From Felis catus (taxonomy: Eukaryota): DNA of 64,000 nt. Position 1 is the stretch's first letter. Each line of letters begins with the position of its first letter. The stretch covers positions 26,042,001 through 26,106,000 of the forward strand of contig NC_058369.1 of NCBI RefSeq assembly GCF_018350175.1. The letters are read 5' to 3'. Positions 61,578 through 64,000 of this stretch are shown here, in pieces. The notes below the pieces were generated by a model that was not told where the DNA came from, did not search any database, and was given only the letters and a program-made list of their open reading frames with translations. The position numbers and the translations under genes were made by a program.

Positions 61578-61668
61578 TTTTTTAAGTTTATTTATTTATG
61601 CAATCGCTACCCCCAGCATGGGGCTCAAATGAGCCCCGTGTTCTACTGACTGAGCCAGCCAGGCACCT
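61578..61668 (-). mobile_element. Short-type CanSINE with an internal rearrangement
   Basis: Perfect TSD tctaagcaaacttt (61564-61577, 61670-61683). Confidence 0.85.
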
Positions 61669-62104
61669 CTCTAAGCAAACTTTCTTTTTTTTTACTCTCC
61701 CATATGAAAGTTAAAGCGTATTCATTCATGTAGGAGATAAAGCCTATTCAACCTAGTTTTCTTCTTTATAAGCAGGATCTAGAGAAGTATGCTGTCTCTT
61801 ACCATCCAGAGCTCACAGTCTGGTGAGGTCTACATTCAAGGGTGAATGATCAGAAGGATATTGCAAGGCAGTGTGTCTTGAGCGCCCACCCATTGGCCAC
61901 CTGAGTGCCCCGAGGCAGCCACAGTCCTTTATATTGTTGACATAACAATGACCGTGGGGGCACCTGTGTGGAGGAAGGGGTTGGCTAGATAGACATTGGG
62001 ACTGTAGGTAAAAGGAGTGGAAAAAATATGTGCAAACAACTTATGGCTGTTTGTAGTCTCTTCTTTGTTCTTCTTTAATGCTTTTTCTGTTCCTTTTCTC
62101 TTAG

Positions 62105-62241
62105 CCCCTTTGAAGTTCAAGTTGGCCCTGAAGCAGGCATGCAGAAAGTTCGTGCATGGGGCCCTGGCCTCCACGGTGGGATTGTCGGGCGGTCGGCAGA
62201 CTTCGTGGTAGAGTCCGTTGGCTCTGAAGTGGGGTCTTTGG
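62105..62241 (+). CDS. FLNB: FLNB exon 11 (137 nt): end of Ig repeat 3, start of repeat 4
   Basis: Acceptor cttttctcttag|CC; donor TGG|gtaggt; encodes (S)[45 protein letters not shown](G). Confidence 0.95.
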
Positions 62242-62623
62242 GTAGGTGGAAGCAGCTGGCCAGCGGCTTCTGGAAAGCTGAGATTACATGAGGCCTGGTC
62301 CCAATGTCAGGCTGAGAGTTGAGTCCTCCTCCAAGCTTCACTACCCTTAGCCCCCTTGCCTCCTGACCATCCGTGGCCAGCTCTGAATACGGCTGTGGGA
62401 TTGGGATTTTCATTTTCCTCTTGCCCTTCAAGTTGCCCTCTGCCTCTTCATTAATTCCAAGGACAGAGGTTTTCTACGGATGTTGTGCTTGAAACAGCGC
62501 TTGGAACATAATAGGCACTCTGCAAGTAATTGTTGCCTGAATTCTTAGTTTAGATGAATGAATAAATTTTGCTGAAATTTGAAATTTGGAGAATAAATGT
62601 TCTTTGGAGCATAACAGAGTATA

Positions 62624-62853
62624 TTTTATTTTACTTATTTTATCATTTTTTTTTTAGTTTACTTATTTATTTTGAGAGAGAGAGAGAGAGGCAGAGATAG
62701 GGGGAGAGAGAGGGGGAGAGAGATGATCTGAAGCAGGTTCTACACTGTCAGAGCAGAGTTCGATGTGGGGCTCGAACCTACTAACTGTGATATCATGATC
62801 TGAGCCAAAGTCAAGAGTCAGATGCTCAACTGACTGAGCCACCCAGGCACCCC
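62624..62853 (-). mobile_element. CanSINE
   Basis: Reverse body ending gccacccaggcacccc. Confidence 0.9.
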
Positions 62854-62895
62854 GATTTTAAATACATATCTGATGTAAATAGAATCGCTTTAGAT

Positions 62896-63353
62896 CAGTG
62901 GTCAGCAAACCTGCTCTATAAAGAACCAGATAGCAAATGTTTTAGTATTGTAGGCCGTATTCTCCCGGCTGCAACTGTTTAAGTCTGCAGTTGTAGCACA
63001 AAAGCAGCCATAGAGGGGCGCCTGGGTGGCGCAGTCGGTTAAGCGTCCGACTTCAGCCAGGTCACGATCTTGCGGTCCGTGAGTTCGAGCCCCGCGTCGG
63101 GCTCTGGGCTGATGGCTCAGAGCCTGGAGCCTGTTTCCGATTCTGTGTCTCTCTCTGCCCCTCCCCCGTTCATGCTCTGTCTCTCTCTGTCCCAAAAATA
63201 AAAATAAAAAAAACGTTAAAAAAAAAAAAAAAAGACAAAAGCAGCCATAGAAAATATAGAATTGAAGGAATGCGGCTGTGTTCCAGCAAAGCCTTATTTA
63301 CAAAAACAGGTACTAGGTCAGTTTGGCCCACTGGCCATAGTTTGGTGACTATG
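62896..63353 (-). mobile_element. MER58A-like hAT MITE split by a young SINE
   Basis: cagtggtcagcaaac...aaagcagccataga | aaatat...ggctgtgttccagcaaagccttatttacaaaaacagg...ggccatagtttg. Confidence 0.85.
63015..63234 (+). mobile_element. Young feline CanSINE (SINEC_Fc-type)
   Basis: Intact CpGs; perfect 17-bp TSD acaaaagcagccataga (62998-63014, 63235-63251). Confidence 0.96.
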
Positions 63354-63803
63354 TGTTTTAGGTAGTAAACATAAGCAAACCAGAAAAAATAAGAAATCAC
63401 CTTTAGTGTTGCCTTCTAGAGGGATAATGAGTGTTTTGGTATGATATTAAACCTTTTGGCATATCCTTCCAGACGTTTTTTCTGTACATTCACACCTAAA
63501 TATTGATATGCCACAAAAAATATCTAGGGGTAATCTTTGTATCTTGTGCCTCAGATAAATATAGGCCATGTCTTGATTTTCCATGGCTTTTTTGGACTTC
63601 CATTGCATGGATACGTCTACCATTGGGCTTTCCTGTTATTTCCGTGGTTTTCTTAAAGACACAATGCTGAGTACACATACTTAGTACCTTTGTTTACACA
63701 TATCCTTGATTATTTCCTTCAGATGAAAACCCGGAAGAGGATTTGGTGGGGCAAGGGTGGGCATTGATTTAAGGTTTTGGTTGACCTTCCTTATTAGATG
63801 ATG

Positions 63804-64000
63804 TTTAAAATTTTTTTTTTCAACGTTTATTTTTATTTTTGGGACAGAGAGAGACAGAGCATGAACGGGGGAGGGGCAGAGAGAGAGGGAGACACAGAAT
63901 CGGAAACAGGCTCCAGGCTCTGAGCCATCAGCCCAGAGCCCGACGCGGGGCTCGAACTCCCGGACCGCGAGATCATGACCTGGCTGAAGTCGGACACTCA
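63804..64000 (-). mobile_element. Young feline CanSINE, cut by the window end
   Basis: Same diagnostic subfamily sequence as 2572-2810 and 63015-63234. Confidence 0.95.

Larger units (their letters stand above)
1..64000 (+). other. FLNB: Filamin B gene body (partial): distal intron 1 through exon 11 and into intron 11
   Basis: Ten GT-AG exons (249, 98, 148, 119, 78, 163, 198, 138, 127, 137 nt) splice into one open frame. The peptide [53 protein letters not shown] matches filamin B rather than FLNA/FLNC as recalled. Exon 1 lies upstream of the window. Confidence 0.97.

Noticed and set aside
885..64000. tRNA-like A/B boxes
   Set aside because: All belong to tRNA-derived CanSINE or MIR heads; no cloverleaf tRNA gene seen.
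1..64000. CRISPR arrays, operons or other prokaryote-type systems
   Set aside because: The sequence is mammalian intron/exon DNA; no repeat-spacer array or compact multi-ORF cassette is present.

Overview
Eukaryotic (felid, most likely Felis-lineage) genomic DNA lying entirely inside the filamin B gene (FLNB, + strand). Bases 1-39544 are the distal part of the long first intron. Ten consecutive coding exons (exons 2-11 by human FLNB numbering, from memory; 1455 nt; all GT-AG; frame intact across every junction) run from 39545 to 62241. They encode the end of CH1, all of CH2 of the actin-binding domain, and Ig-like filamin repeats 1-3 plus the start of repeat 4. The rest is intron containing 38 carnivore tRNA-derived SINEs (CanSINE/SINEC; 28 antisense, 10 sense), L1 fragments of several ages, MIR/L2 relics, MaLR/MER21-type LTRs, hAT MITEs and microsatellites. 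I found no prokaryote-type system, RNA gene or novel protein-coding gene, and cannot support a claim of a new biological system. The most notable observations are: a SINE carrying 68 nt of foreign 3' sequence ending at a TTTT Pol III terminator (apparent read-through transduction); near-identical inverted SINE pairs able to form intronic dsRNA; repeated SINE insertion at the same target site; a 13.5-kb SINE-free zone before exon 2 containing a MEF2/TEAD/CRE motif cluster and G-quadruplex repeats; and an unexplained insert inside an L1. Repeat family names come from recalled consensus sequences, not a database search, and old-repeat boundaries are approximate.
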